DNA from: Octopus sinensis
Taxonomy: Eukaryota
Direction of reading: 5' to 3'
DNA length: 64,000 bases
NCBI RefSeq assembly: GCF_006345805.1
Contig: NC_042998.1
Span: 163,308,001 to 163,372,000, forward strand
The notes below the pieces were generated by a model. That model did not search any database. It worked only from the letters and a program-made list of their open reading frames with translations, and was not told the origin of the DNA. This document shows positions 13,135-27,781 of this stretch, one piece after another. Position numbers and translations under genes: made by a program. Within the stretch, counting starts at the first letter, position 1. The number at the start of each line of letters is the position of its first letter.

Positions 13135-13728
13135 CCCTTACCTGGGACGTAGTCAGTCCACCTGTGCTTACCTTCCTTCTTGTGACACTTGTGAAGACCT
13201 GTTGAGGCAAGTGAAAATCAAAACAAATCAAAATAGATGAACATCAATGGAATTTGTATCTTTGTGGTACCAGTGCCGGTGGCACGTGGCACACAAGAAA
13301 AAACATCCGAACGTGGCCGTAGCTAGTACCGCATCGACTGGCCTCCGTGCTGTGGGCACGTAACAAACACCATCCGATCGTGGCCGTTTGCCAGCCTCAT
13401 CTGGCACCTGTGTCGGTGGCACATAAAAACACCATCCGAGCGTGGCCGTCTGCCAGCCTCGTCTGGCACCTGTGTCGGTGGCACATAAAAAACACCATCC
13501 GAGCGTGGCCGTTTGCCAGCCTCGTCTGGCACCTGTGTCGGTGGCACATAAAATCACCCACTACACTCTCGGAGTGGTTGGCGTTAGGAAGGGCATCCAG
13601 CTGTAGAAACACTGCCAGATCTGACTGGACTGGTGCAGCTTTCGGGCTCCCCAGACCCCAGTTGAACCGTCCAACCCATGCTAGCATGGAAAGCGGACGT
13701 TAAATGATGATGATGATGATGATGATGA
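13135..13728 (+). mobile_element. RTE 3' UTR, same young subfamily as 9.8-11.6 kb
   Basis: One UTR unit (GACGTAGTCAGTCCACC..) plus the (GAT)n tail. Confidence 0.85.
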
Positions 13729-14399
13729 TATATATATGTATACAGCTGTCTCTGCTACTCTCTCCTCTCTCTCTTTCTCTCTCCTTCAGCTTCTCACCAC
13801 TATCTTTCTTGCTCTCTTTTCTCAACTTTTCTTCATTTGTATGTATTATTCTTTTATTCTCTTTCTCTCTCTCTCTCTTTCCCTTGCCATTCTTTGACCA
13901 ATAGCTCTTGTAATGTGTGGTTAACTCCATCTTTTGTTTAATTTCCCAAGCAACTGGTTCTCATTTATTTAGTTACCAAAATTGGATTAAAAAAATTTTT
14001 TTCCACTGTCTTCAAAGAATTTTGTTACCTCAAAATTACACAAAGCTAAAACAGAATTGATTGTCTGGAACTTTAAGTTCTTTGGAGAATCAGTAAATTA
14101 GTTTAAATGCCAGAGAAAAGAAAGAAAGAAAAATAAAAAGAAATGAGAAAATGAAAAATATCCAGTCTTAGGCAGATGACAATACTGGAACAATATTGGT
14201 GCAGATGCAAAACTTTGGAGAAAATTGTCTAAACACACCTCAAATTCTTACATTGCTCTCTGACTAGAAATAACTATTTGTTGTTGGACAGTGGTCTCAA
14301 GTCATTACATGAACACATCATGGTGACTGAAATACTCAGTGTGCATACATACAAACATACTTATATACACGTACATACATGTGTATGTACGTGTATGTG

Positions 14400-14423
14400 T
14401 GTGTATGTATATATGTATATATA

Positions 14424-14516
<93 letters not shown>

Positions 14517-14708
14517 CACACACACACACACCTATATTGTACAGGGTTTCAGTATGTCAGAATTCTTTCAACAGTAATCTTATTAATTGTGTACACATGG
14601 TCACATACATAAATATATTTATGTATGTATGTGTATATATACATATATATATATATGTATCTATATATATATTATATATATATATTATATATATATATAC
14701 ATATATAA

Positions 14709-14748
<40 letters not shown>

Positions 14749-14756
14749 ATATATAT

Positions 14757-14800
<44 letters not shown>

Positions 14801-14801
14801 C

Positions 14802-14850
<49 letters not shown>
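14400..14850. repeat. (TA)n-rich microsatellite block (many more across the window)
   Basis: Read directly from the sequence. Source of the YIYIYI ORFs. Confidence 0.95.
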
Positions 14851-14865
<15 letters not shown>

Positions 14866-15046
14866 AAAATCTATTTTACAAGTACTTGTATGAATTGTAT
14901 GAACAAAAGAGCAATATTTCATTTTGAATGTCTTTATTGATGTTCCACTTGATGAATGCCACTTTTGTATGAAACTTGAAGTAATGAAAAATAATAAACT
15001 TTAACAATGTGTGCATGTGTGTTTGTGCATGCACATATGCATTATG

Positions 15047-15094
<48 letters not shown>

Positions 15095-15272
15095 TACATA
15101 ATGCATATGTGCATGCACAAACACACATATATATGCGGTCACAGGAGTGTGGCGAAATAAGATTAAGATTAATGTAAAAAATAAATAACACTGAAGCAAA
15201 GTAACACCAAATATATAGTGCGTGTGTTTTTATTGGCTAAACTGGCAAAATGACCATTCCTAAATACATCAA

Positions 15273-15305
<33 letters not shown>

Positions 15306-16199
15306 TGCAGCACTATGCACTGCATGACACTCTTTGCGTCAACTTGAAATCATAAAGACTTTGGATCTTCTCTGGGTTGTGTCAGTTTTTCCATCTGTAC
15401 CAAGTACTGTTGATGCTACTTGAGAATGTTTGGATTCTTCTGCACACATTGTAGCATTCTTTTATCCCCCTGTTAGCCATACAGACACCTCATCAAACCA
15501 AGAACTACTGCAACCATTTACTGTTCATTTCACTTAGCTACTTATCAAAATTTTATTTTCTGCTTTTACTTATGGGTTTACTCATTGCATTTGTCTACCT
15601 TATGTATGATGATACGATCTCTGAACATCTCTCCAGCCAGCAAATGCTGTGTTTTTCTTTACAGTCCAACTCCTGCCAGATTGGATATTGTGTATCTAAT
15701 ACAAATTCAAAACATCTCATTTTTAATGTGAATACTATACTCTGCTACCATCATGTTTCATAGGATTCCCTAAGAACTTTCTATTTAAGGAACTTTCTCT
15801 TTTGTTACCCTCCTATACTGCCTTTATAAAGTACCACCAACACAACAATCAGAATGTTTTTTAAGTCATTACATATCATAATGTCAATAGTTTCATTCTA
15901 GTTAAGGTTATCTCTACAGATATTCTATAGAAATTATAGCCAGCACTTATGTCATTAGTATTTACATACCGGTTTCACTCTAATCTACTTGCTATTACTA
16001 CCACTTACAAGTTTAGATCTCAACTGTCTTCGGCTTATGCTCTTGCATTGCCCTTTCTCTCCCAAACCCTTGTGGAAATCATCAGCTACTTTCCTCCAAA
16101 TGTCAAATTTCATTTGCCATGATATTTCACTCATTCTGCCTTAGAAATTCTAGTTAAAAGAACTGAGGCAGAACACCCTTTACAGAAATATATACCTTT

Positions 16200-16530
16200 T
16201 TACTTTTCCTTTCAGTCATTGAAGTGTGGCCACACTGGGGCACTGCCCTGAAGCATCACCAGTGCTTATGTTTTTTAATTGTTACTTATCCTGTTAGTCT
16301 CTTTTTCTGAACTGCTAATTTACATGAGTATAAACAAACCAACACCAGTTATCAAGTGACCCAAACATGCACCGACACACACATATAATGCCCTTATTTC
16401 TTTTTCTTCATACCAATTCACACACAAAGTATTGGTCATAGTAGAAGACATTTAACCAAGGTACCATGCAGTGAGACTGAACCTGAAACCACTTGGTTGC
16501 AAAGAAGTAAGCTTCTTAATCACACAGCCA
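16200..16530 (-). mobile_element. Major tRNA SINE, diverged
   Basis: Reverse complement of the 53234-53660 family. Confidence 0.7.
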
Positions 16531-16532
16531 TA

Positions 16533-16589
<57 letters not shown>

Positions 16590-16978
16590 ATATATATATA
16601 TATATATTATATATATATATGTATATATACATAACATATATGTAGGTGATTGCATACCTTGATGTGTATTTTTTTAATGTTTATATAAGACCTGGTATTA
16701 TAATTAGTCAGATCCATGCAAGGTAACTTTGTTGATAAATTGCATAAATTAATGTTTTTCCTTCCTCATCTTCCATTTACATTTTCGTTTACATTGCATT
16801 TTTATTTTATTTATATTTTTAGATTCTTTTATTGTGATATAATTCTGTTCTGAAAATATTTTCTTTACTCTGTCACTATTTTATATACATATTTATACTC
16901 TGACTTTTAGGATGATTCTATATATTTATATATATATAATATATATAATATATATATATATATAACATATATATATAT

Positions 16979-17052
<74 letters not shown>

Positions 17053-17324
17053 TATGTATATATATATGTATGTATGTATATATCCCTAGGTGAATTTTCG
17101 CATCTATGTCTTCATAGATTTCTAATTAGTAATTTTCTATCCTTATTCATCTATAGTTTGTTAGAGTTCCATTTATTTGTACCTGTGTGTGTATTTACGA
17201 ACATGAGAGCACATACTCTGTATGATTTAGAGAGTAATATAATACTTAATACCTTTCACTTTTTGGTTCATCTTTTGAAAGGTGAAACTGGAAGTTGTAT
17301 TAATGAACTTTCAGGTTTTATTAT

Positions 17325-17828
17325 ATATATGTACTACATATGTGGAAATCTGTGAGTGTGTTTGTTCGTGGCGTTGTTATCTAACTCCTCCTACATCGTT
17401 ATATCGATTTGCATGAAACCTGACACATGAGTAGAACTCATGTCTGGAAAACTAGTGACATACTTAGATTGTTGAAAAAATCGATAATAGGGCTCTTGGA
17501 AGGGATCCTTTTATCTACTACATATAACTAATATATTATTTTTAAACACCCAAGGGAAATAGTCCATTTGCTCCTGAAAGAGATCCTTATATATAGCCAA
17601 GGGAAATGTCCCACTCTGCAAAAAGAGCACCCATCGATGTTAATAAAGAAATGTTAACCAACCATATCATGCCCCAACTCAGACATCTCACCTTTTTAAC
17701 TGTGATTATTTCCTTTTGGCTACCTCAAAGAGATAGTGCCCTGTTAAACACCAAGTGAACTAAGAGGGGAAATTCATTAGGAATTTAGAGAATTTTGGAA
17801 TGCACAAATTCCAGGCAGGTCTACCAGT
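17325..17828 (+). mobile_element. Possible non-autonomous Helitron-like element, decayed
   Basis: 5' GTGTGTTTGTTC..CGATTTGCATGAAACCTGACAC resembles non-autonomous Helitron 5' regions. The 3' end CCAGGCAGGTCTACCAGT resembles a decayed CTAG terminus. Recognition only. Confidence 0.35.
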
Positions 17829-18347
17829 TGGATTACAAAACAATGGGAAGTTTCAGCCTGGAAGTATTTCCAAAATTAATTGCACAGTTATAGATATATC
17901 ACTTTTAAGTGACAGCTCTTGTACTTCAGACTTGTGATTAAAATGCTGCAGGAAAGAATGACAAAACTTCTTCTTCTTCAAGGCAGGCCAACCAGCAGGA
18001 GACCTAGGAGTAGACTAAGAACAAAATACTTACCAACATTACAATGTACATCTTTAGTCTGTAAGTGCAGTATTTATCAACTCATAGTGCTCAACAAATA
18101 ATTATAAATTAGTTGGGTCTATGGCCAATGTCTTTGTGAAGAAAACAAATAGAAAGAATGAATCACAAATATAACAACATAAATAAATAAGTATGCATGT
18201 ACAACTATAACAGAGACATGCTCACACAGGTACAAACACATACACATACATACAAACACACACATACAAGCACACTTGTGTATTTACCTGCAGTTAGAGA
18301 AACACATATCCATTCAAGAAATGGGAAAAAAGAATTATTTCTCTCTT

Positions 18348-18379
<32 letters not shown>

Positions 18380-18739
18380 CCTCCTTCTTCGTCTCTCTCC
18401 CCCTCTCTCATATACACACACACATTCTTCCTCTCCCCCCTGTCTCTCAATTATCTATTTACTTTGCAACAATAATCTGTTACCTACAAAGTCTTTGCTT
18501 GGAAATGATTCTGCTCTCGTACAGTCTGCCAAGAGTGTCTGGATTTTCAATAGATTCAGAGCTGACTTGGCGTTCCATATTCCCATATTATGCTTGTTCT
18601 GTTGGATAGAAAACCTGTCACTTCTTGGCACGTTTTTCCTTAGCTGTGTTTTGCCATTGCTAAGAAAAGGAAGACAGCTTGGAGTGAGGTGAGGCTAGCA
18701 CTGGTGATGGGGCAGGCTGTGGTGTTATGGTAATGATGG

Positions 18740-19363
18740 TACTTCGAAAGGTAGGGGTGGTAGTGGTGGTGGTTGTTTCTAGGGTAGTGGTGATGTAGCG
18801 GTGGTGGTGGTTGTTTTTAGAGTAGAGAGGTGGCGGTGGTTTTTTCTAGGGTAGTGGTGATGTTGTGGTAATGTAGTTGTTTTTAGAGTAGAGGTGGTAG
18901 TGGTGGTATTTGTTTCTAGGGTGGTGGTGGTAGTGATGGTTGCAGTGTTGTGGTGATGATGGTAGTTTCTAGCATTGTGGTGATGTAGCACAGTGGTGCT
19001 GGTGTAGTAGTGGGTGGTATATGGAGTAGAAATAATGGGGTGGTGGTGTTTTTTTTAGGGCAGTGGTGATTTGGGGGTGGCACAGTGATGACTGTGGGGT
19101 TGTAGTGATGATGGTGGTGGTGGTGGTAGTTGTGATGGTGGTGACATGGTTGTGTTGGTGTGGTAGTGGTGGATGAGATGTTGTGATGCCGATAGTGGCT
19201 TGCAGTGGTGGTGGTGGTTGTGTTGGGGGTGGAAGTGTTGATAATGATGGGGTTGGGGTGGTAGTGGTGGGGTTAATAGTTGTAGGGAGTGGGATGCTGG
19301 TATGTTAGGGTTTGAAGTAAGATGGTAGTGATGATAATAGTAGCAGCGGCAGTAGTAGTAGTT

Positions 19364-19433
<70 letters not shown>

Positions 19434-19560
19434 GGTTGTGGCAGTGGTGGTGATGGTAGTAGTAGTGCTGGTGGTGGTGGTGCTGGTGCTGGTGGTGCTG
19501 GACAACAGCAGTGATGGTGGTGAAGAAAGTCGTTGGTGATGGTGGTTGTAATGGCAGTGA
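18740..19560. repeat. GGT/AGT-rich degenerate trinucleotide tract
   Basis: Read directly from the sequence. Confidence 0.9.
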
Positions 19561-19805
19561 TGTGACATAGTAATACTTGAAACAGAGATTATATTAATAT
19601 TTTCAAAGAAATTTTGTCAATAACAAATGTAATGATTGTTTAAAGTGTTTTGGTATATAGAATATTATGTCTGTCCATAATAAAGTACATATTTACTCAT
19701 ATATACATGTGCGTGCTGTGTGTGTGTGTATCCCCAAATGTTTGTATATATGTCCATGAGTTTGTATTGTGTATGTGTATATGTCTGTGTGTGTGTGTGT
19801 GTGTT

Positions 19806-19851
<46 letters not shown>

Positions 19852-20642
19852 CATAAATATAGTATTAGGGAGTATAGCTCCAAACTTACAGGGAAAAATT
19901 CGATTTAGTTTTAAATCAAATTTCACAGTATAAATATATAAAATATATATATATATGTGCACTTATTTGTCTTCATGTTTGTACACTGTGCATATGTAAT
20001 CTGTGTGGGTATTTGTTTGCATATATATCAATCTGTGTATGTGTATTTATTTCTATTTGTGTGTGTATGTGTGTAGTTGACTATGTATGGCTATATGTGT
20101 GTGTTTGTGTTTCAGCGAACACACACACACACACAAATATATATATAATTAATAATGATAAGGGGAGCAGCGATTTTTCACATCCAAAATTTTATATATA
20201 ACAGTTATTTACAGCATCATTAGGGACCTACACATGTTTCAACTGTGGCAACTAATTGTTAGCTCAGGTATCACTAAAGGACCACTGCAGTTAGCCAGCA
20301 TCTGAAACCAACTTGAGAAGAAACACGGTAACCACCAGGATAGTATATCCCTTTAATAAATATAAAAATGTGTGCGTATGATTGTGTGCATGAATGTCTG
20401 TATACCTATGTGTTTCTATAAGTATATATGTCATGTTTGTATTTATGCGTGTATTTTTATACCTGTGTATGTTTATGTATATAGCATAAAGCCTGTATGC
20501 ATTTAATATGTGTCTTTATACATATTCTTAAGTGTATTAGTTTGTAGTTGAATACTTGCATGAATAAGGTAGAATTTTAGTTCAGCAGCTATGCTATCTA
20601 GTGTATACTTTATATGTATCCTATATTTATGCATATGTGTGC

Positions 20643-20680
<38 letters not shown>

Positions 20681-20970
20681 GTGGAGGTGCAGTGGTTAGG
20701 GCAGTGAACTCACGGTCATAGGATCGTAGTTTTGATTCCCAGACTGGGCTTTGTGAGTGTTTATTGAGCGAAAACACCTAAAGCCCCACAAAGCTCTGGC
20801 AGGGGGTGGTGGTGATCCCTGCTATACTCTTTTGCCACAACTTTCTCTCACTCTTTCATCTGTTGGCCTGCTTGCTTAGCCAGCAGGGTGGTGTCATTTG
20901 AAGGTTAAAACAACGCGAAGCGATGTGTAGCAACATCTGATAGCCTGGTCGGTCACAGTGGTCATGGTGA
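20681..20970 (+). mobile_element. tRNA-derived SINE (second family)
   Basis: AGTGGTTAGGGCAG..GTTTTGATTCCCAGAC head. Its 3' half is shared with 2385-2549. Confidence 0.75.
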
Positions 20971-20990
20971 CACACATATATATATATATA

Positions 20991-21303
20991 GGGTAAAGAC
21001 CCCCTTCAGTCATGAAAGAGTATGGGATTGCACCGAGTAAGTTCCCCTTCAAGGCACAGGTTGTTTTGTGGAAGACCAGCAATCTCCCTTCTCCACACCA
21101 CTGATGTTATCCAAGAGAAAGGTAAAGGCAAAGATTGATACAGCTTGACACCAGTGATGTCGCAACTCATTTCTACAGCTGAGTGAACTGGCACAATGTG
21201 AAATAAAGCATCTTGCACAAGAATACAACACACAGCACAGTCCAGAAATCAAACTCACAACCTTACAGTTGTAAGCCCAACGCTCTAACCACTGAACTTG
21301 CAC
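20991..21303 (-). mobile_element. tRNA SINE with shared central domain and ..GAAGGGGGTCTTTACCC tail
   Basis: Colinear with the younger copy at 49394-49722. Confidence 0.8.
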
Positions 21304-21344
21304 CTTTATATATATATATGTATGTATATATATATATATATATC

Positions 21345-21695
21345 ATCATCATCATCATCATCATTTTTTAACGTCCGCTTTCCATGCTAGCATGGGTTGG
21401 ATGATTTGACTGAGGTCTGGCAAACCAGATGGCTGCACCAGACTCCAATCTGACCGGGCAGAGTTTCTACAGCTGGATGCCCTTCTTAACGCCAACCACT
21501 CTGAGAGTGTAGTGGGTGCTTTTACATGCCACCGGCACGAGGGCCAGTCAGGAGGTACTGGCAATGGCCACGCTCAATTGGTGCTTTTTATGTGCCACCT
21601 GCACAGGAGCCAGTCCAGTGGCACTGGCAACAACCTCGCTCAAATGTTTTTTCACATGCCACCAGCACAAGTGCCAGTAAGGCAATGCAGGTAAC
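21345..21695 (-). mobile_element. RTE 3' UTR fragment
   Basis: (ATC)n followed by the reverse complement of the RTE tail. Confidence 0.8.
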
Positions 21696-21825
21696 GATAT
21701 ACATACACACACATAATACATACATACATACATACATACATACATACATACATACATACACATGCTCACATCTTTTACTTGAAAGAAACACAGAGCATCT
21801 TAAAATAAATACAATAACAAAAAGG

Positions 21826-22650
21826 TTAACACTTTAGCATTTAAACCAACCATACCCAGTCCAAATATTCCATCAGTTCTGCATTGTTTGTTTGCATGTG
21901 ACATTTCAGATATGAAACGTTGTAACAAAATCATTGATGCCAATAATCTCTATAGATAATCTAATGAGATGACTTTAACACGTGATTCAAGTGCACTGCT
22001 AACACAGTAGTACACAGTACTGACTTATAAAAATGGTGAATATATTTTGTAGCATATTGTAGTTGTATAACAAAATATTGTGTATCTACAAGTCAATAAT
22101 ATCTATTTGTTTTAGGATCAATCTGGCCAGATTCAGTTTCTTACACTTACCTGATAATGCCATTCTAAAAAATAAACAATCACACCATCGAAATCTCAAA
22201 GCCACAAGATAATACATGATGAATTCAAAAGAATCATCATCATCATTTAGTGTCCATTTTCCATGCTGGCATGAGTTGGACAGTTTGACAAGAGTTGGCC
22301 CGGTAGAAGACTACACCAGGCCACTGTATTTGTTTTGGCATGGTTTTTATGGCTGGATACCTTTCCTGACACCAACTACCCCGTAGAGTGGACTGAGAGC
22401 TTTTTATGTGGCATCTGCATGGGCAAGGTCAGTTTTGGCATGATTTTTAATAGCTGGATGCCAACCACTTCACAGTGTGGACTGGGTGCACTTTACATGT
22501 CACAAGCACTGCCAGGGGCACCAAGTAATTTGAAATACAAGGAATCTTTGAGAGGTGTGCAGCATTGGAGGAGGTGATCTTGTATCACATGATGAAAGAT
22601 TATTACATCATTACAACTTGACGGAGTAATTTGGATGCCAAAAGGGTTAA
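21826..22650. mobile_element. piggyBac-like MITE with nested RTE tail (~22235-22500)
   Basis: TTAA-CACTTTAGCAT at the left end and ATGCCAAAAGGG-TTAA at the right end (imperfect TIRs, TTAA TSD). Confidence 0.55.
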
Positions 22651-23811
22651 AGAAGGTGTAATAAGATCTAGAAAGGGTTGACTGAAATATGACAATGCAG
22701 GTGTTCAACATATATAGGTTGTTGCAAAGAATTTATTGAGACTCCTCATCATCATAAGGCAAAGTTGAGACAGAGCTAGCTGCATGAAATAAACAAAGCA
22801 CCAAAACCTACAACAACAGTAACAACAATAACAATTAAGGATATTTACATAATAATTGGCTTAAGTGTGATAAATATTTGACAACAGAATATCATATGAT
22901 AAACCAAACTTTTAAAAACAGCCTTTTAAAATTAGGTCTGTTTATTTGTTTGTAATGGTTTAATGTTTTTATAATATATTTTCTAAAATTTATTTCTTAT
23001 TCATTTTATTTTTTACAGTTATTTCTTTATTGGCTAAGACTTTTAATTTTTTTTTTTTAATATGAAACAAAGTGTTCCATAAAGATTATCATTCTTAATC
23101 TTCCCTATATTTATGCAAACAGATACGGAACAACAAAAGCCTTAACTTTTCTTTTAATACATTTTTATCTCTTTTCATCTCACCAATTGATTTCTGCAGA
23201 TACTGTGAACACAACTGTTGTTGGTGTTGAATTATTTAGAGATGAATTTTGATGTTTGGTGATGAACATGATAACAACATGGTTTAATGATGAATATAAA
23301 ATAAATATTACTTTAGATACTAATACTTCAGTGCTGGAAGAGAATAGAAGACTAACAACAGCTACTCCAAACTGAGTACAGTAATAAAATTGATTTCTTT
23401 AGATCAGGCCACTAGGTCAGTATTTGTCAGAGAGTAAGATTATAGATTGAACCTACTCTCATTATATTACAGGTACTGTTTGATTGATCTTGAGAGGGAG
23501 GTAATTATTTTATCAATCTTAGAGTGATGAAATGCAAAACTGACTCCATTAGAATTTGAACTATAAATTATCTAAACCAGATCCTTCCTTCCACTTTTGA
23601 TTTCAGAACAGTTATAATAATTCTTTCTTATTTTGTTACAAGCCAGCAATTATAAGAAGAGGAGACAGTGGATTAAATCAGCCTCAGGAGGAAGAAGGCA
23701 AAGTTTACTACAGCCTGATCTGAACCCAGAATATAAACAGCTAAACCAAAAATCTCATAGCATTTAGTCTAACACTTTAATGATTCTGCCACTCCACTAC
23801 CCCAATTTATA

Positions 23812-24423
23812 ACACTGTATAACACAATTTCTGCCCTTGGGTAGCAACTGTTATTTCTTATTTGCTTAAAACGACAAATATTTCTTTCAAACTTTGCTTA
23901 TGAGACAATATATACCTTGTAGGCTTCACACATTTTAGCAGATATTGCCAGAGTACTTTTTCACTTTTGTCTTGATAAATTCGCCACATACAGCAAAATG
24001 CGTCTGCTGGATGCTTACAACCTCTTGATGCCATCTGTGATGAATGTAGCTCTCAAGAATGACTTGTCTCCACTTGGACAGCTAGAAGTAAACTCAACTG
24101 TTGAGCTTACAATCCCAGTATTTATACTGCCATCTATGTTGCCAGAATGTTCTAGAAATTCTTGAAACATTTAAAAACTTGACAAGTCCTCAAAACTTCT
24201 AAAAAGTCCTGGAAAATTCTGATTCAGTAATTCAGTGCTGAATTTGTCTGAAATGTAATGGAAAATAGGTCAGTTTCAAAACCTTGATGTCCGGGTCACA
24301 AAAGCAAAGTTTGAAGGGAATAGTAGTCATTTCCTTTGACTTCTAAAGAAAAGCAAAAAGAACAAAAAAAAGCACTTACTGATCAAAGACAAAAAAAAAT
24401 AATTAAATTTTGTTATACAGTGT
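23812..24423. mobile_element. Non-autonomous DNA transposon (TIR ACACTGTATAACA)
   Basis: Terminal inverted repeat plus subterminal TTCAAACTTTGCTT / AAGCAAAGTTTGAA. Related pieces lie at 30040-30465, 30775-30820 and 7870-7915. Confidence 0.65.
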
Positions 24424-24904
24424 AATTAGTGTTTATAATGGAGGCACAAGGTTAGCAGTTTTCAAGGTGAAGGATTAGTCAATTACATCAACCCAATATA
24501 TAACTGGTAATTTTTTTATCAACCCTAGAAAGATGAAAGGCATAGTTGACTTCAGCAGTATTTGAACTCAGAATGTAAAGAGCTGAGACAAATGCCATGT
24601 GTTATTTTGTCTAATACTCTAATGATTATTCTGCCAACCTACTTATATATAGTTAAATAAAATAACTCCAGGACTTAACTTGCAATGTTTTTTTTATCGA
24701 CTCTGGCAGGACAGAAAGCAAAGTCAATCCTGAATATATCTGAACTCAGAACATAAAAGACTTATAACTATATACTACAAAGCATGTTGCCTGACAGTTC
24801 TATAAAATCAGCCAACTTGTGAAGAATGAAAATTATTGTTCTTGGTTCAAGAACTGATTGGTTGGGGTAGATACATTACTTGACACCTTGCAAAATATAT
24901 CTTT

Positions 24905-26151
24905 ATCTTTTACTTGTTTCAGTTATTAGACTGCAGCCAGGCTGATCCACTGCTTTGAAGAATTTTTAGTTGAATGAATCAAACCCAATACATTTTTTTT
25001 AACCTGGTACTTATTCTATCAGCCTTTTTTGCCAAACCACTAAGTTACAGGGACATAAATACACCAACACATGTCAAGCAGTGGTGGGGGCAAACATATG
25101 TATGAAGACACCCACACACACACATATATAAGATGGACTTCTTTCAGTTTCCATCTACCAACTCCACTCACAAGGCTTTGGTCGGCCTGAGACTATAGTA
25201 GAAGACATTTGTCAAGGTGTCACCCAGTGGACCTGAACCTGGAACCATGCAGTTGAGAAACAAACTTTTTACCACACAGCAATACCTACACCTTCAGGTA
25301 TTGTAGGTACTTAGTTTTGTCGAGCTTGAAAGTTGAAGGGTAAAATATCGAATCAGACTTAAGCGTCATTTGAACTCTGGACCATGAGACACAAAACTAA
25401 ATAAAAATTTTTTGTATTGGAGAATGCTTAGTGAATGGTGGGGACAAACATAGACACAAAGACACCCACACACACATATATAAATATACGATGGGCTTCT
25501 TTCAGTTTCCATCTACCAACTCCACTCACAAGGCTTTGGTCGGCCTCAGGCTATAGTAGAAGACATTTGTCAAGGTGTCACCCAGTGGAACTGAACCTGG
25601 AACCATGCAGTTGAGAAACAAACTTTTTACCACACAGCAATACCTACACCTTCAGGCATTGTAGGTACTTAGTTTTGTCGAGCTTGAAAGTTGAAGGGTA
25701 AAATATCGAATCAGACTTAAGCGTCATTTGAACTCTGGACCATGAGACACAAAACTAAATAAAAATTTTTTGTATTGGTGAATGCTTAGTGAATGGTGGG
25801 GACAAACATAGACACAAAGACACCCACACACACATATATAAATATACGATGGGCTTCTTTCAGTTTCCATCTACCAACTCCACTCACAAGGCTTTGGTCG
25901 GCCTCAGGCTATAGTAGAAGACATTTGTCAAGGTGTCACCCAGTGGAACTGAACCTGGAACCATGCGGTTGAGAAACAAACTTTTTACCACACAGCAATA
26001 CTTACACCTTCAGGCATTGTAGGTACTTAGTTTTGTCGAGCTTGAAAGTTGAAGGGTAAAATATCGAATCAGACTTAAGTGTTATTTGAACTCTGAACCA
26101 AGAAACACAAAACTCTATAAAAATTATTTGCATTGGAAAATGCTTAGTGAA
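24905..26151 (-). repeat. SINE-derived ~358-bp tandem triplication
   Basis: Units 25082-25435, 25436-25793 and 25794-26151. Each contains the 5' half of the major SINE plus a fragment of a second SINE. The SINE 3' half (24905-25081) is single copy. Confidence 0.9.
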
Positions 26152-26945
26152 AAAAATCAAGCCCTTTGGTTGGAATATTTTATTTCTCAATAAAATTCTG
26201 TGTGTGTACATATGTATACATTTGTCAGTATGTATCTCTGTGTTTCCTTATCTGTTGAAGTTGATGGGCTTGTGACTGTATAGAAATTTACGTGTGTTTT
26301 ATAGAAATATACATATATGTATGAGTCTGTAAGTATGTGTGTGTATTTGTCTTGTGTGTATATAAACGACTAGGTGAACTTGAGTGTGTGTAAATGTGTG
26401 TTTTTCTTAGTATGTGTATGAATGTGTAAATGAATTTTTGCATGCTTGTAACCATGTGTCTCCATAAGTACTTGTTACTCTGCCTAAATGGTATGGGATG
26501 TTTGTAAACAACAAAAATTTTGTACATGCATGTATGCATACACATGCATCTCAACGTGTATGTGCATTTATGCATGAATGAATCTTATATGTTTTTATGT
26601 GTGTGTGCATGTATGTGCATGTTTATGCATAAATGTATGAGTGTATGTAAATGTGCTATTGTAATCATATCTGGTTAAGTGAAATTATTGGGTCAGAAAT
26701 CACGGAGCCAGCTCTAATTCCCAAGCACCCTACTTCTCCACTATGTACCCATCATTCGACTGACCCCAGTAGAGTTACACCCCTTTCCTATATAAGTGAC
26801 CATCAGTCAGTGTTTACCCTTGATTTTGCTAGATTTGATTATGCATGAATATAAACAGAAGATAGCATTAGCAAAGCTGTTTCATTGAGACAAAACAAGA
26901 TAAGCATTAATTATAATCTAAATTGGCTGGCAGCAGCAGCAGCAA

Positions 26946-27122
26946 CAACAACAACAATAACAAGAACAAAACAGGAACAGCAACAATACTAATGATGATG
27001 GTGACCATAAGAGTAAAAATAATCTCAACAACAACAATAACAAGAACAAAACAGGAACAGCAACAATACTAATGATGATGGTGACCATAAGAGTAAAAAT
27101 AATCTCAACAACAACAATAACA
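26946..27122. repeat. Perfect 80-bp tandem duplication within a CAA/AAT tract
   Basis: ACAACAATAA recurs at 26951, 27031 and 27111 with identical intervening sequence. Confidence 0.9.
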
Positions 27123-27288
27123 TTCACATTTGTAACAACAATCAAACTACAACAATATCTACAGCAACAACAACAACAACAAAATAAAACAACAATTACA
27201 ACAGCAACTATCACTTCAATAACAATAACAAACAACCCACTCACCCTTGCCACCATCAAAAAAGTTAATAATAATAATAATAATAATA

Positions 27289-27319
<31 letters not shown>

Positions 27320-27781
27320 TGATGATGATGATGATAACTTTTTAAATATGATATCACAATGTCTTAAAATCTCAATTTATTTATTTATTCATTTTTAAAT
27401 TTTAAATTATTTCATAATTTTTTAATGATTTTATATTTATAATTTTATAGTTTTTTTTTATGTCACTATTTATAATTTTATAAATTTCATAATTTATTTA
27501 GCTTTTAATAATCTTTTGAATTAATTTTTTTTATAGTTTTATAACATATTTTTATAAAGTTTGTTTTTATCTTTTTTATTTTTGATAATTTTCTCTTTTT
27601 TTTCTTGATTTTTAAAAAAATTTATTCCTATATATTTCTTTTTTTTTAAACTTCTTTATGAAACTTTGATCTACTTGCTCCTCCTTGCTACCATTTCTTT
27701 CTTTCTTTTATTTATTTCTTTATTCATTTATTTATTTATTTGTTTATTATTTATTATTTATCTATGTTGCTGTTGTTTTTC

